From Negaprion brevirostris (lineage: Eukaryota), in the NCBI GenBank assembly GCA_030324005.1, contig JARDVH010000042.1:108432101-108496100 (forward strand): a DNA stretch of 64,000 nt, given 5' to 3'. Below the pieces are notes generated by a model, which saw only the letters and a program-made list of their open reading frames with translations, was not told the origin of the DNA and did not search any database. Below are positions 1 through 13,764 of this stretch, in pieces. How positions within the stretch are numbered: the first letter of the stretch is position 1; every line of letters starts with the position of its first letter. Both the position numbers and the translations under genes were made by a program.

Positions 1-230
1 GTTAGAGACTGCATTGATGTCAAGGGCAGTCACACTCATCTCACTTTTTATCCATATTTGGACCATGGCTTTAATAAGGTCAGGAGCTGAATGACCCCGG
101 TGAAACCCAAACTGAGCATTGATGAGGGCATCCCACTTGTTAGCACCGTTGATGCTACTTTCTTGAGAGCAGATTCATGGGGATGGTAATTGGCCAGATT
201 GGATTAATCCTACTATTTATGGGTAGTAAA
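1..230 (-). mobile_element. Decayed LINE (CR1/L2-group) internal fragment
   Basis: Resembles a recurrent shark LINE RT-region sequence (ttgatgtcaagggcagtcac...aaacccaaactgagc). Recognised from memory only. Confidence 0.5.
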
Positions 231-1318
231 GGAAATATATTGATCAGGATTAGAAATGAGAATTGAGTCCAAAAATAAGTTTAAAAAAATAACGAACCAC
301 TGGTTGACTTGTCCATGAGGAATAGATAGTGAAATGTTGTGACCATTTCAGGCACGTGGTTCTCTTAGTGCTGACTTCAGTAGTTGGGTTTCAGATTCCA
401 GGGTCCTTTAGTTGTTGTCCTGCTCCCTTTTTGTCCCTGGCTTTGTTGACTGTCTGCAATGAGTGCTGTGAAACCTGGTCTGAAAATCCAACTAGAGGGA
501 CACAGACTGGTTTTCAGTCAGAGTCTGACACTGACAAATTATAGCAAAATTTTGCCCTGCGTCTACAGTCACCTTTCGATTGTATGTCCATTTCTCACAA
601 CACTTGTCTCATTTAAAAGTTCAATACGCCCTTATGTCATTCGAGGTTTTTCTCCATCATCGTGACCATTATCATTGGTGACTTAAGTCCAAAGAACAGC
701 ATGCTAGTTTGTTTTTGGAAGATTCAAATCTTCAAGAAGCATAACTGGAGATGTTTTTGCACCTGTTCAGTGCGTGTCTTCACAACTTTGCAAATTCAAC
801 GTGAGAGGCAGTCTTGGCTGTTCCTCCTTGGGAATGTTCTCTTTATCTCCTTTCTCGTGTTTGCTTTCCAGTTTCACAGAAGGCCTTGTCTTTTGCAACA
901 AATAAAACCTCTTGTAGAGTTTACAGTCCTATCAGTTTTTTTTTTGACTAGTTTTATGATGATGCTGATAGGTGTTAAGGAAATGGAGTGTAGAGTTGAT
1001 TTTGTTTGTGTAACCCAAGAGATTTGTACCTGGACTCCTGAATCTTTGTATGAACTGGTGAAACTGATGTTGCAAAGTTGCAATATTTCCTGTACTAAAA
1101 GACATACAAAAAAAACAATTCTTTTCTCCCTCAAGTCTACAGTATGGGACATTCTGGTCCTGACACTGGTAGATATTGTTGCAGGTGGGACAAGAAATTT
1201 GAAGAGTGGTTGACTTTAGACACTCTCCAAATTTTGCTGTCCCAACCTCACCCCAATGTCCAACAATGTCAGGGCCAGAAAATCCCGCCTATAGTTTGCA
1301 AGCTCTAGCAAGCCCTAA

Positions 1319-1910
1319 GGGCAGAATTTTGCAGTGTCCTACTAGTGGGCTTCTAGGCAGGGGCATCCATAAGATTTTTTGCGTGGCTCTCTTTTATGCT
1401 TCCTATCTACCCAGGGCTGGCAGGGTACTTAAGGGTCACTTACTGACCAGACTCAATTATGAGACAAGCAGGAAGGGGTCCAGGGACCAGGGTCCCCTCA
1501 GATCACCCTGCTCAGGCNNNNNNNNNNNNNNNNNNNNNNNNNNNNNNCCGCCCCCCCCCGGCCACCACCACCTCACCTACCCCCGCTAAGTCTGCTCCTC
1601 TGCTATGCACCCTGTCTGCTCCATCAAGAATCTCACCATCTTGGACCTCATCTCCCCTCCCTGCTGTGCGACACTCCCCGCATTCACCCTGTCCTGGACT
1701 CCAAGGCAAAGGGACTGCTTGAAGATCCATTCCTGGCCATAGCTATCATTCATGCTACTGGGACTAAAGGACTGTCAGCCAATCAGACTGGCCAGCAGCT
1801 CTATGAGTCAGGACATTTGCTTCTCACAATCAAGTGGAAGTCAACATCCAGCCAATGAACACTAAGTGNNNNNNNNNNTGTGTATCGATAGATCCAGTGG
1901 AAAAAATCTA
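1319..1910. mobile_element. MITE-like non-autonomous element
   Basis: GC-richer block beginning gggcagaatttt, a terminus shared with other MITE-like blocks in the window. The far end is degenerate. Confidence 0.4.
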
Positions 1911-3269
1911 CGGCACACAAGCAGAAGTGATGATAGAGTGATATCTTCTGGTAGATCAAATTATGGTTTGTAATTAAAAGCATGAGTAAGCCATTTGTGT
2001 TAAAGTTAATTTTCTTGAATAAATGTGCCCATGTGTTACACTGGAATTAATTATTTTAAATCTTGCCTAAGTGTGGTAGTACATAAGATGCAACATTGAT
2101 TTAATCTGTTAATTGCGTAAAGGGATTTAATATTTGCTTTCCGTGTTAGGAAAGTTTAGTCAAAGTGCCACAGCATGTGGGTGCTGTAGTCACACAGTGC
2201 CATACCACAGCTTGATGTGATGCTGTGCCTGCAACATTCTATGTTCTTGATCTCAGCCAGTCTCTTATAGGAGGCGAGAGTAAGGCCAGGGATTCTCCTT
2301 CTAAGGAGGGATGGAGAGAGACAGCGTGGTTAGCTCAGCAGAGGCACCCCTTTCTCAAGGCTAGGCCAGAAAGAGGATTAATTAAGAAAACATGAGAATG
2401 GTTGTAAAGATGCACGCTACAGACTTTGTCAGAAACACAAGGGTATTAACAAGGAAAAGCTGTACAGAGGCCAGCAGCCTCACCAGCCATCCCAGTCCCT
2501 ACATGTCTTATGAATGCCTTCAGACTGTCTTCTACCTGTGGATAGAGCTCTACCCCCTGGGGTGATTACCCAGTCTCAGTCCCAACTGGTCCTTCAAGTC
2601 AGGTGACCCACATCTGCTGTGCTGCCCTTAAAAGGGACAATCACCTCAACGGTGTTGCCTCCTCATCCTGTCACCCAGAAAAGGATAAGGTCAAGGCATT
2701 CCTGAGAATGTGAATGCAAATGAGAGCATTAAAAAAATTAGGGTAAAAATAACATTTGCTGAAAGACAGGCTTGACCTCAAGATGAAATAATGTTTTAAA
2801 CTTACACCAGTAAAAATACGAAGGGAATTCCATTGATGGCTGAACTAATTTTGTGACTATTCAAAGCAATCTCTTAACAAACAAGGATTTACTAAGACAC
2901 TTGGCCAGGATTAGCTGATTCTGAATCTATTGCATCATTTATTAATAGCTAAAGAGGATGTAAATTCCACTCAATTGTGACATAGTTATATTTTTCTTCA
3001 GTCACTAATGCAATAAAAGAATAATCGATGTGGTTGTGAAATAGGGAGATCCATTTAACATTAATATTCAGATTTTCACTTAAATTAACAATGGGAGGAA
3101 AGCTATATTCTCATAATGCTAAATGTTACATGCTTTTTTTTATAGCTTTCTTAGTCTTTCTTGCTCCTCTATTTTCTGATTTGGAAGTGTTGTTCACACA
3201 GGAGAGAAGCAGAGTGTGAGGAACATAGAAACATGATCAAGATTTGGGAGGATTTTGCTTTGATTTTCT

Positions 3270-3561
3270 TAGAATCATAGAATCCTACAGTGCAGAAAGA
3301 GGCCATTCAGCCCATCAAGCTGGTACCAGCAGCAATCCCACCCTGGCCCTATCCCCTTAACCCCATATATTTACTCTGTTGGTCCCCCAGACACTAAGGG
3401 GCAATTTAGCTCGGCCACTCAACCTAACCCGCCCATCTTTGGACTATGGGAGTAAACCGGAGCACCCAGNNNNNNNNNNNNNNNNNNNNNNNNNNNNNNN
3501 NNNNNNNNNNNNNNNNNNGCTGTGAGGCAGCAGTGCTAACTAGTGTGCTACTGTGCCGCCC
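3270..3561 (-). mobile_element. tRNA-derived SINE, HE1/V-SINE-like
   Basis: Tail atcatagaatcctacagtgcaga and head gctgtgaggcagcagtgctaac...gtgccgcc are shared with copies at 4828, 16220, 47960 and 56437. Confidence 0.85.
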
Positions 3562-4694
3562 TTTTTCATTGTTGATCTTTCCATTTCAAAGAGCAGGTAG
3601 TCATTGCACTACAATAAAGAGTTTAGGAATTGACAAGTATCAATAACGATTGAGAGGTACTGGGGCCTTGCAAAAAGGTGGCAGGTGAAAGACTTAAAAG
3701 ACTTAATGAGAGGTACAATCTTCTAGAGCTAACCCTACTCTGGAGATTTGCTAATAGATTGGTTTGAAGAGCTTGCTTTAAGCCAGGATACCTTGGGCAG
3801 CATTTGTTGCTCCTGAGTGCAGTCAAACCTTTTTCGATTAGGTTCCACTATCTACAGACTCAGTCTTAACACAATTTATATTCCGTTTGTAAAAGCTGGT
3901 TTTGTTGGGGCTGACTGGAAGAGTCATGAGGTCATCCGCTTGCTTTATTTATCACTGCTACAACCCTTTTATCACTGCACCGTTAAAATAGGCCTCCATT
4001 AGTGAATACAACCTCACACTGTCACTAGCACTGCCAGTATATTAAAAATCTTGAAGATAGTTTATTGCAGCCACTCTGATGGAGTATGTTTATTATAGTC
4101 CACTACGTTCAACCAGCATCAGCAATATGTTTACACATTGCAATTTATTGCAATGATTCGGTGCCATGTGTACCATATTGGTGTAAATATTTAGACAGTT
4201 TGTTGAGGACTGGGAATACTGTTACAGTCAAACATGAATCCCTTTTAAATTTGTTGATTAATTTATGATTCCAAATGCTGTTTAGATCAATATTCTATGT
4301 TGGAAAACCCCTGTCAATCCACAAGACACCTGCAAAGTGCTGTGCCCTTCCAGTACGCCACGGTCTCATTTTTTCACCATCAAAATGCATTATTGAAGCA
4401 TTTCTCTAATTAAGCTATGAAACCTCAAGACAAATTGCATGGAGAAAAGAAAATTGTATAAAGTATTTATTGCAAATGTCATTTGAGGCAGGTAGAAAAA
4501 TGATTCTTTCCAGGGATTTTTTGTCCTGTTTATTTTCCTTTATTGTTACATCCTTTAACCAGGGAAACATATATCCTTTTTTAACATGGAAAGATTATCA
4601 TAGGCAAAGGCTGGGATGATTTTTTGGAGCTGCTCCTACTTCTCATCTGTTTTGCGCCTAAGTGCCACTGAAGCTCTGACGATTAGGAGAGTCA

Positions 4695-5360
4695 ATGGCC
4701 TTGTGGTATTATCGCTAGATTATTAATCCAGAAGCTCAGTTAATGTTCTGGGGACCTAGGTTTGAATCCCACCAGAGTGTGAGGAACATAGAAATGTGAT
4801 CAAGATTTGGGAGGATTTTGCTTTGATAATCATAGAATCCCTACAGTGCAGAAAGAGGCCATTCAGCCCATCAAGCCAGTACTAACAGCAACCTCACCCT
4901 GGCCCTATCCCCTTAACCCCATGTATTTACTCTGGTCCCCCAGACACTAAGGGGCAATTTGGCATGGCCACTCAATCTAACCTGCACATCTTTGGACTGT
5001 GGGAGTAAACTGGAGCACCTGGCGGGATNNNNNNNNNNNNNNNNNNNNNNNNNNNNNNNNNNNNNNNNNNNNNNNNNNNNNNNNNNNNNNNNNNNNNNNN
5101 NNNNNNNNNNNNNNNNNNNNNNNNNNNNGATGGTGGAATTTGAATTCAATAAAAAATGTATCTGGAATTAAGAATCTAATGGTGATTGTAAACCCATTGG
5201 TTCACCTGGTTCACTGATGCACTTTAGGGAGGGAAATCTGCCATCCTTATCTGATCTAGCTATGTGTGACTCTAGAACCACAGCAATGTGGTTGGCTCTC
5301 AACTGCCCTCCAAGGGATAGGCAATAAATGCTGGCTAGCCAGCCATGCACATGTCCCATC
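4695..5360 (+). mobile_element. tRNA-derived SINE (second family), interrupted by a nested insertion at about 4774-5128
   Basis: The head gtggtattatcgctagattattaatccag...gaatcccacca resumes as gatggtggaatttgaattcaat and ends gcaataaatgctggc. Same family at 21295, 27670, 29770, 41020 and 45200. Confidence 0.8.
4828..5128 (-). mobile_element. HE1-like SINE, duplicate of the 3270-3561 copy
   Basis: Colinear similarity to 3270-3469. The 5' head is presumably hidden in the N gap. Confidence 0.8.
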
Positions 5361-7869
5361 TCTGGGGAACCTCTCAGCCGACCACTAAGAAAATATAGAA
5401 TATTTGCACGATTCTACTCATAAACAAAGTGTGTGGCCTTTTTTTTTTGGGATGACAGTGCAGCAATATTTAGGAAAACATTCCACAGTAGTTCAAGGTT
5501 GCTTCTTGGAAAATGAAGGAATTTGGGGACGTATTTGATTCAAACTTGCTAATTTTATGAGAACGGGTGTGTTACTTTTGAATGAAAATTACCAGAAAAT
5601 CATTGGAAGTGCTGGAATTCCCATGATCTTTTATTACTTTATAAAACACTATTCCATCCTTGTGTGGTAGAATGTCCCCATCATTAACACATCTGTGTAT
5701 ACATGAGTGTGCAAAGATTCAGTTGCTTCGTGTTGACAATTATAATCCTTCAGTGAAAGTTTGAAAGAACAAAATCTCTCTTTGGCTGTTCAACAACGGC
5801 AGCTTTTACTGAGGAATTGAGTTGTAAACATCAGCACAACAAAAACAGATGTTAGCTGTCTTCATTATGTAAATTAGGAACAAAACACCTGTTAAAGAAT
5901 TCCTTTTTTCAGCATTTGTCAGCAATGAACTGGACACAGCATTGGGCCAGCTTTCTTTCCTGGCACCTATGGCCAACATGAAGTGACGTCACAATTGTTA
6001 TCCATTTTGTTTTTCTTAAAAGAAAGCTTTCCTGTGGAGGCAGGTAGAACTTGAATGCTCCCTAACTCCACAGTTGTCACAATTGTCCAACTCTTCCAGA
6101 GCCCACTACACCACTCTTGGACTTGTCTGAGAGCTGTTGCCAAAGTTGCATACCAGTGGCCACTTTAGCTATGAGCTGTCTGGGATTGCACAACTGTGTC
6201 CACAGGTCTAATTCAAATGGGGCCCTGGACCCCATCTCAATTAGGCCTCGGGCCTAGCTGTTCCAGTGCAACCATTGTTCCTTGCACTTAGTTTATGACG
6301 ACAAGCTGACTCAGTGCAATTTGTACCTCTAAGTGTTCCAAGAGTGAAGAGTAATAAGAGGACCACTATTTTTTCGAGTATAAAGACAAGAGCTTGTAAA
6401 TCTTTCTGATGTCTACTGCTCCAATTTCTTGTTCTGCTAGACCAGAGCCATGTCTGACAATATCATAGCTTCTCCACTACAAACCTGAGCTTGTATTAAA
6501 TGGCAGGCCTTGCATTACTTCTGGTTTGTGTCAAAGTGGGAATTCAGGTCACCCTATTTATTATTCATGACTCAGAGTTTCACCGCGGAGTAATTTCTCT
6601 GAATTATTTAACAAACAATCTATAACACAATACATAACTGAGAGCCCTTTGCAAAACGGATAAAATATCCTTTGAAACCTGTAATTTTTGTAAATATGAT
6701 TGGAGAAAATCTAACTCTTCTCCTTCATGTTGTCTGCATGATGTAAATAGATAGCAGTGCTTCTGAAAGCTGCAGGGACATTTAAATTTTCAGTTTTTAA
6801 ACACAAAGCTTGTAGCGAAGCTTGTAGTATTGGAACAGCAGTGAGAAATCGCAGCAGATTTTCAATCTTATCAGCAAAAATTTAGGCTGCACCTTCCATA
6901 AATGTATCATAAGGTGTATGTTAGTAATTCTCTTGTTAATCACAATAAAAAGATGGATAATATAGTCTCCTCTGCATTGTAAATGCAGCACCCATGATAA
7001 AACATCAGTAATGACCTCTGTTCGCCATCAGTGCTGTCACCTTCAAACTGAAACACAGTCCCGCATTGCTGAGAAACATTATTTTTTTTAATGTATAATC
7101 TGTTATAGTCAGTGAACATTTCTGGATAACTATATGTATTCTNNNNNNNNNNNNNNNNNNNNNNNNNNNNNAGTTAAAAATAATAGTGGAATACCTCTGA
7201 ATGTCATTTATGTACTGGACAATAACAGATACCACCGAATTTACAGTACTAATCCAGTCTTATGATGATCGTTAATATTAATGATATCATTTGAATTTTT
7301 CGATTGGATTATTTCCTTGTAATGTCTTTGCCTCTGTCATCTTGTGTTTCCCGTAGAATCTTAGCTTTGACTTGTTAGTCAATAATGCCAAGAGCTAAAT
7401 TAGATATTTAATATATGCATTTTAACAGTGTTTTGGTTCTTGTAATTTCCTTCCCCAGTTAGACTCACTCTGAATCTGTCAGTTATTGTCCCTTTTCACT
7501 GGGTGAAGCATTTGCTGATGACACAGCTCCACAGTCAGTGGATTGCTTGCGTTAGTGGCAGGTGTTTGGATGTCAGCTTAGTTTTAATCCATACCAAAGA
7601 AAAATTACCTGTGAACTCCAGCATAACCAAAAGATGAAGGAGTCAAGTTTCTGTTCATTTCCACTAATCAGGTCAGCGCAAACTAGATTGAATAGATTAG
7701 ACAAGTGCAAAAGGTCATGAAAATTTAAAAACAAGGAAGTTATTCCCCAAAGCGCTTATACTCATGTTTCCTATAGTCTGTTACGCTGGCTTCAAATTTA
7801 GTTCACCTTGATCAGCTATTCCCAAGAGACACACTACCAATTTGTGAGGACTCTATAAATTCTGTGTCC

Positions 7870-8320
7870 AAGGTTGTCTTCCCCTTTCTTCTATAAGGCC
7901 CAGAAGCTTGCACTGTGTACAAACACTGCCTCAAGAGGCTGGAGAGGTACTTTCAATGCTGCCTAAGATGGGAAGACAGATGGATTGATATCAGTTTCCT
8001 TGATGGAGCCAATAGCACCAGCATCGAGGCCACGATGATCAGAAGCAAACTCTGCTGGGCCGGTCATGTGCTTGGGATGTCAAACTCCCAAACGACAAAG
8101 CAAATTTTCATTGGCCAACTCAAGGAAAGCTTCCAAACGAGAGAAGGATAAAGGCAACACTTCAAAGACAGCCTGAAGGCTTACCTCAAGGAATGCAACA
8201 TAGCTGTCAACATGTGGGAGACCCTTGCTCAGAAGATGCCTACTTTGAAAAAACTCCCGATTGAAGGCACACTGTTCTTCGAAGTCACCTGGTAGCAAGA
8301 GGAGGCACATAAGAGGAACC
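7870..8320 (+). mobile_element. RTE-clade LINE 3' fragment
   Basis: Peptide LERYFQCCLR..WEDR...SIEATMIRSKLCWAGHVLGM...KQIF.GQL matches the RTE C-terminal WxD...LRWAGHVxRM motif. Confidence 0.8.
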
Positions 8321-8422
8321 TGNNNNNNNNNNNNNNNNNNNNNNNNNNNNNNNNNNNNNNNNNNNNNNNNNNNNNNNNNNNNNNNNNNNNNNNNNNNNNN
8401 NNNNNNNNNNNNNNNNNNNNNN

Positions 8423-8552
8423 TTAAGGGTTATGGGGAGAGGGCGGGAGTGTGGAACTGAGCCACGACAGATCAGCCATCATCTTATTGAATGGCGGGGC
8501 AGGCTCGAAGGGCTCGATGGCCTACTCCTGCTCCTATTTCTTGTGTTCTTAT
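8423..8552 (+). mobile_element. CR1 LINE 3' end
   Basis: aagggttatgggg...gatcagccat...gaatggcgg...ggcctactcctgctcctatttcttgtgttctt tail, repeated at many CR1 ends in this window. Confidence 0.8.
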
Positions 8553-11500
8553 AAGGACCCACATGACCCATGACCAGAAATATGGAGTTTCGTAGGAGGA
8601 CATTCATACTCATTAGTAAGTGATCGCTGAGAAAGGATAAATTCAGTTCGTTTTTGTAGACCCTGAGGCTCTGACAAAGAAAGAAAACCATTCCATTTGT
8701 TTCGTGGAAGATTTTAAATTGGTGGTTATGCAAATTAATTTTCTCAGAAATTTAAACGAATAGCTGACCAGAACAGTTCCATTCACATTTTCCCAACTGT
8801 GTCCAATGTGGAAACTCTACCACAGGATGTCCCGGACTTTTGCTTGAACCACTGCATGGAAGATCTCATCAAGAAGGCCTCATCATTGCAAAAAAATGTA
8901 CATGACATCTTTACAAGAATAATCTTTTATGAGGAGCTATAGAATGACACTACTGAGACCAAAACATGGACTCCCACTGAAAAGAAACTTATTATAGCAC
9001 ACAGACAGAAAATCCAATGATGGCAAAGCCACAATCTACTGCAGATAAAAAATATATATTTAATTAACATATTTTAAGACAAAATACTACAAAAATCATT
9101 AATTCTAATGTATTTTGTTCCAGAATGCTGTTTGAACAGCAAATACTGATGCCATAAATGGGGAATGCATGAAGGTAACAACTGCTCCAGTTTTAAAAAA
9201 GCACTAGCTGCACGGTGAAGGGATTTTTTTGTATGATAGTATGTCAATGTAGATTTATGGCTGGGATTGGAACAAGTATTTATGCAGCCTGTCGTTTTTA
9301 GACATCCTTCAGCAGCGTTCAGGTGCTGTAAAAGCTGTGTAAAGGTTTTCAATTAAAATCAATTATTAAACTGGGAAAACTATATCACAAAAGTTCACGT
9401 TGCAACATCTGTCTGTGCCGGAGTGCAAACAGAGTTAGCGATCCAAGAGGAACAGATTCTGATGAGCTTTGGGGGAAGTTGAAGCACTATAGGGTTGGAT
9501 CTGCCTCCATAGTGAGGCCTGCTATTTGCCGCCCAAACTGTGACAGCCTAATGGTCAAAGGCTGAAACTGATCTTTACCTTACATGAATATGACTTCTAA
9601 TACCTTACAAATGAGAACAAGCATTCTCACACTGTATATGATCGACTTTTCAATTATCTTTATTAGTCATTTAGCTTTGTCAGGCAGTAATAGTGTGAAA
9701 CCAGGAGCTTTATCAGCTCCAAATTAGCTGACCTCAGGTACTGCTTCAATAATTGCAGTTGGCAGAATGGTTTATAGGAATTTATTACAGCAGGAATAAA
9801 AATAATGCAGCTCTCGGTCTCTGTCTGCTTAGACTTAACCCCACGATCAGTCTCAAAAAGCTTTTGATTTTGTCAGAATCCTCTGATTTCTGAATTGCAC
9901 TGTTATTGGATTGACTGGCAAGGTCCACCTCATGCCTAACTGACTTAATGAAGCTCATTATAGCAAATAACGTGAAGCATTGTGAAATCCCAGAACACAG
10001 AGAATTGCAAGACATAACTGTTCCCTTTTTGAGGCCTGGAGGAAAACATAGACTGTGGAAAATTAGTACAACAAAGAGACTACAGCATGTCAAACTTGGA
10101 GCAAGCTAACATTCTTGCTCAGGATATTGTTGCGTATTTGTGTGAGGTTATAATTTCTGACGGTCCTGTTCCAAATTGAAATATGTAACTGAGTTTTGAC
10201 ACCGATGGGCACAGACTGGATTCATGTTAACTCTCCCTATGGACGCAGTGATTGCATATAAATGAGTATTTAAAGGAATGAGTAAAAAGAAAGGATGTGG
10301 TGAATAGCCCCTTGAAATGCTAGCTGCTTTGAAAATGAATTGGGTTATGTTTGTGTAGTCCAGAATATCTTCCTTGTGAAGGGCTAAAAGGCAAAATTCT
10401 TTAGTCTTAAAGGATCTTTCTGCATTGAATATATAATGAGCAATACAACTGGCAAGTGGGGTGTTCAAATATATCCAAAATCTAAGCTGAAAAAATGAAT
10501 TGCTTTCTATCCTGCAACAACAAACCTGACATTTTAATGCTGATTTATTTTGTTATTGAGCGGACTGAAGCTGTTATTTCCAATCTGCTTGCAATCTAAC
10601 CTGTGCTTCCTAGTATTGCACTCAGGAAAAATGTAGGACTTAGTAATATACTGCACCATCTGTCTGGTGCATGAATAGAGGGTTAAAGGATGAATATTAA
10701 ACAATAATTCTTGTCTTTAAAGACATGCTAATATTGTAATATTTCTATTGAACCATTCAAGTCCTTTGTAAGGGTCAACGTTATTACCAGTGCGAACAGA
10801 GAGATGATGCAAAAACATTTCAGTGGCATACTGGTGTATAACATATCATTGATTCGTACACATGCATCTAACACTTATTGCTGGACAATCGGAAGGAGCT
10901 TACTGAATACTTTGTCAATAGCTGACGAAATGTACTAAGCAGAGGAAAGAAGATGACATTTTTTTTAAAAATGTGAAGCTATGATAGTGCTTTTGCTTCA
11001 CTGTTATCAGGGTAATTTATGTATACTGCAATAACAACATTGAAAATGAAAAAGAAGGCCTTTGGCAACACTTATTGTGCAGCATCGTGAATTACTATAT
11101 CCAGCGCACAATGCTAATGGATGGGAGATTCAGGAAAAATTGGGTTGAGTTTTACTTTTGTAGAGTGACAAGTTTACTTTGCTCCACTATGAACTGTCCA
11201 CTTACTTTATACAGCAGTGGAAAACGAAAGAAAGATATTCTGTCAGTGCATTCAGGGGGTATGAAAAAAATAACTGTTATGCCTTTGTCTAAACAAACCA
11301 TTAAAGCACCCAACCTTTATTCATATGAATTTGTGACATTCTAAATATTGTTACATCTTTTTTGCTGAAGTCCTTAAGAGGAGAGACAAATCTGCAACAA
11401 GAAGGATGCAAACATGTTTCATGGTAACATTAAAAATATTAGAAAGCGTAGTAAGCTTTTCCATTAAAGGATAACTTGGGTAAAAATAATAGATTATTGG

Positions 11501-11699
11501 GATATGGCAGATTAGTTGAATGGATTCTTCATATTAGTTTTTACAAAGGGGTTTTGGAGGTGCATCCCAGTCATGGTTAATCGAGTTAAACCATCCATAG
11601 CACAATTGTGAATTTGTAAAGAATGTGCTTTGCATAAATTGGAAGAATTAGATAGCCACAAAACCCCTGGGACAGTTGTGATGCACGTAAAATCCTCAA

Positions 11700-13150
11700 A
11701 ACAATATTAGTACTTACCCATTGGTTCCTGAGTTTGAGATTAATCAAGGTTGTATCCGAAGAGATTGGAAGGTGGCAAATGTAGTTCCAATAGTCCAGCA
11801 AGGAATACAATGCAAACGTGGTAATTACAGCCAGTAAGCCTGTCATTTATTGAGGACAAAAAGTGCTTGAAGGCTTTCATGGAATCTTCTAATTGAGTGC
11901 CTGAAGAGTACAGGTGATGTAGGCAGGCATCAGAATTGTTTAGGACTAATAGGTCATGACTTTCAGTTGTGGTGGGATTATTTGTGGTGGCAACTCAATT
12001 AATGGATGAAGATAAATCATTGAGTAGACGTAGTTCACTTGGATTTTCAAAAGTTTGACAAAGTTCATAATATTAGAGAATTCGAGCATTTTATGGGATT
12101 GTCTAAATTGATGTCAGGATAGCTCAACAAAAAGATAAGGAAGCTGATAAATGAGAAATGTTCTGTGCATGACTTAAGTAAACTGTCACATTCCACAGGA
12201 ATTCATTGCTATTTACTATCACTGTGAATTATGTAGAACAAGTTGTCCAATGTAGTTGTATTAAACTTGTTAATGATTTGTGACAAGTAATGGAAATGAT
12301 GATCTTCCAAGAGATCCAGATTAATTATGTGGGCAGGGGTGGTGGGATATGATGGGGAGAAATTTATTATGGCCAAGTGTAAAATGATGTTTATAGGAAT
12401 AGGCATCAGTAAATATGTGTATAATAGAAATGGGATGCTCACTGGCAGATATTGAACAGGAAAAGAATTTGGAAGTGGTCATTGATCATACCCTGAAAGC
12501 ATCTGGTTATGGTGGAACAGTTAATCAATAACTTGGAAACTGGGATGCATCAAGAATGCATTGGGTTACAAATCAGAACAAGTTGTAGTAGTGTTGCACA
12601 GATAAATTATGGGAACCACTTCTTCACATTGGAGTGCAGTTTTGGTGACTTTACCTCATAAACAGTAGTGTGCATTAAAAAGGGTTTTGTGAAGAGTGAC
12701 CTTCCTGGAGTAAGGTTATTGAATTGAAACATGTTTCAGATTCTTAAATGATCAGAACACATGGGCAAGATTGAAATAAATTAGCTNNNNNNNNNNNNNN
12801 NNNNNNNNNNNNNNNNNNNNNNNNNNNNNNNNNNNNNNNNNNNNNNNNNNNNNNNNNNNNNNNNNNNNNNNNNNNNNNNNNNNNNNTTACAGATTCTTAA
12901 ATGAACAGAACACATGGGCAAGATTGAAATAAATAAGCTCTTGGACAACGAATGTCAGATTAGGTGCAAGTAGCTGTTCAGATGGTCCAAGCAAGAGATT
13001 GTTAAAAAAAAATCCCCCCCCCACCCCACCCCCGGCAAAAGATTGGTGAATTGGTACAGAGAAATCGAACAGATGATTTGCCCAGAATCTGTTAATCTCT
13101 TTGAAAGTGTTAGATTACTATCTATTGCAAAGGGAAATGGCTTTTTAGAG
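11700..13150 (+). mobile_element. Highly decayed CR1 LINE (RT region to 3' part)
   Basis: Remnants in the expected order: DWKVANVVP, NY.PVSL, VD.VHLDFQK.FDKV, KCK.M, and C.QFW-like stretches. Many stops and frameshifts. Confidence 0.7.
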
Positions 13151-13764
13151 TTGCTTAAAGCATAGTATCAAAAAGTAGTGAAGAAAGAGGAAGTCTGAAA
13201 AAATAATTGAGTGGAGTCTGGATGGAGTAGGTTTAATTGATTGGGTGACCTTTTCAGAGCGTGGAATTGGGTGTTTATAATAAAGAGCTGTCTAATGAGT
13301 GTGGAGTGGCTCTGTATAGAAGTGTTGAAATTATACAAATGTTTGCTATCGTGAACATCAAAAATGCAAAGAAGCTTTTATCTTTATTGACTCCCATTCA
13401 TCACATTGTACTGGATGTGTTCAGTCTGCTAAGCATCACAGAATTCCTCAACCGTGTGCATACCCACAATGTTCCGACAAATTCCAAGATGAGACGCAGC
13501 ACTGATTTGAAAGGCTAGTGTACAATGCTATTCCTCTGTTAAAGAACTGGGGAAAACCTTTAACAGTGTACTCCTGTTAATTGCTTAAGTGTTTTTGATA
13601 AGCTAACAAGATTATTATGCTTGAAGAAGGCCATCCTGCCCATCGTAACTTATCCCTCCAGAAGCACTATACATACTCTTCGCTATTTTGTTCTTTTCTA
13701 AAATGATTCAGGAATTTATGCCTCAAAAATCTCCCCTCCAACCCTTTCTGAAATACCAGCAGTA

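Noticed and set aside
662-1213. 183 aa ORF beginning TIIIGDL (faintly like an APE endonuclease GDFN motif)
   Set aside because: No further recognisable motifs or splice context. At most a very decayed TE remnant.
2290-2660. Possible solo LTR
   Set aside because: No clear TG...CA ends, TSD or second copy, so it cannot be supported.
12737-12940. About 50 bp direct repeat flanking an N gap (also at 13888-14075 and 45239-45396)
   Set aside because: The repeats sit exactly on both sides of roughly 100-N gaps, typical of unmerged overlapping contig ends. Most likely an assembly artefact rather than a TSD or CRISPR-like repeat.
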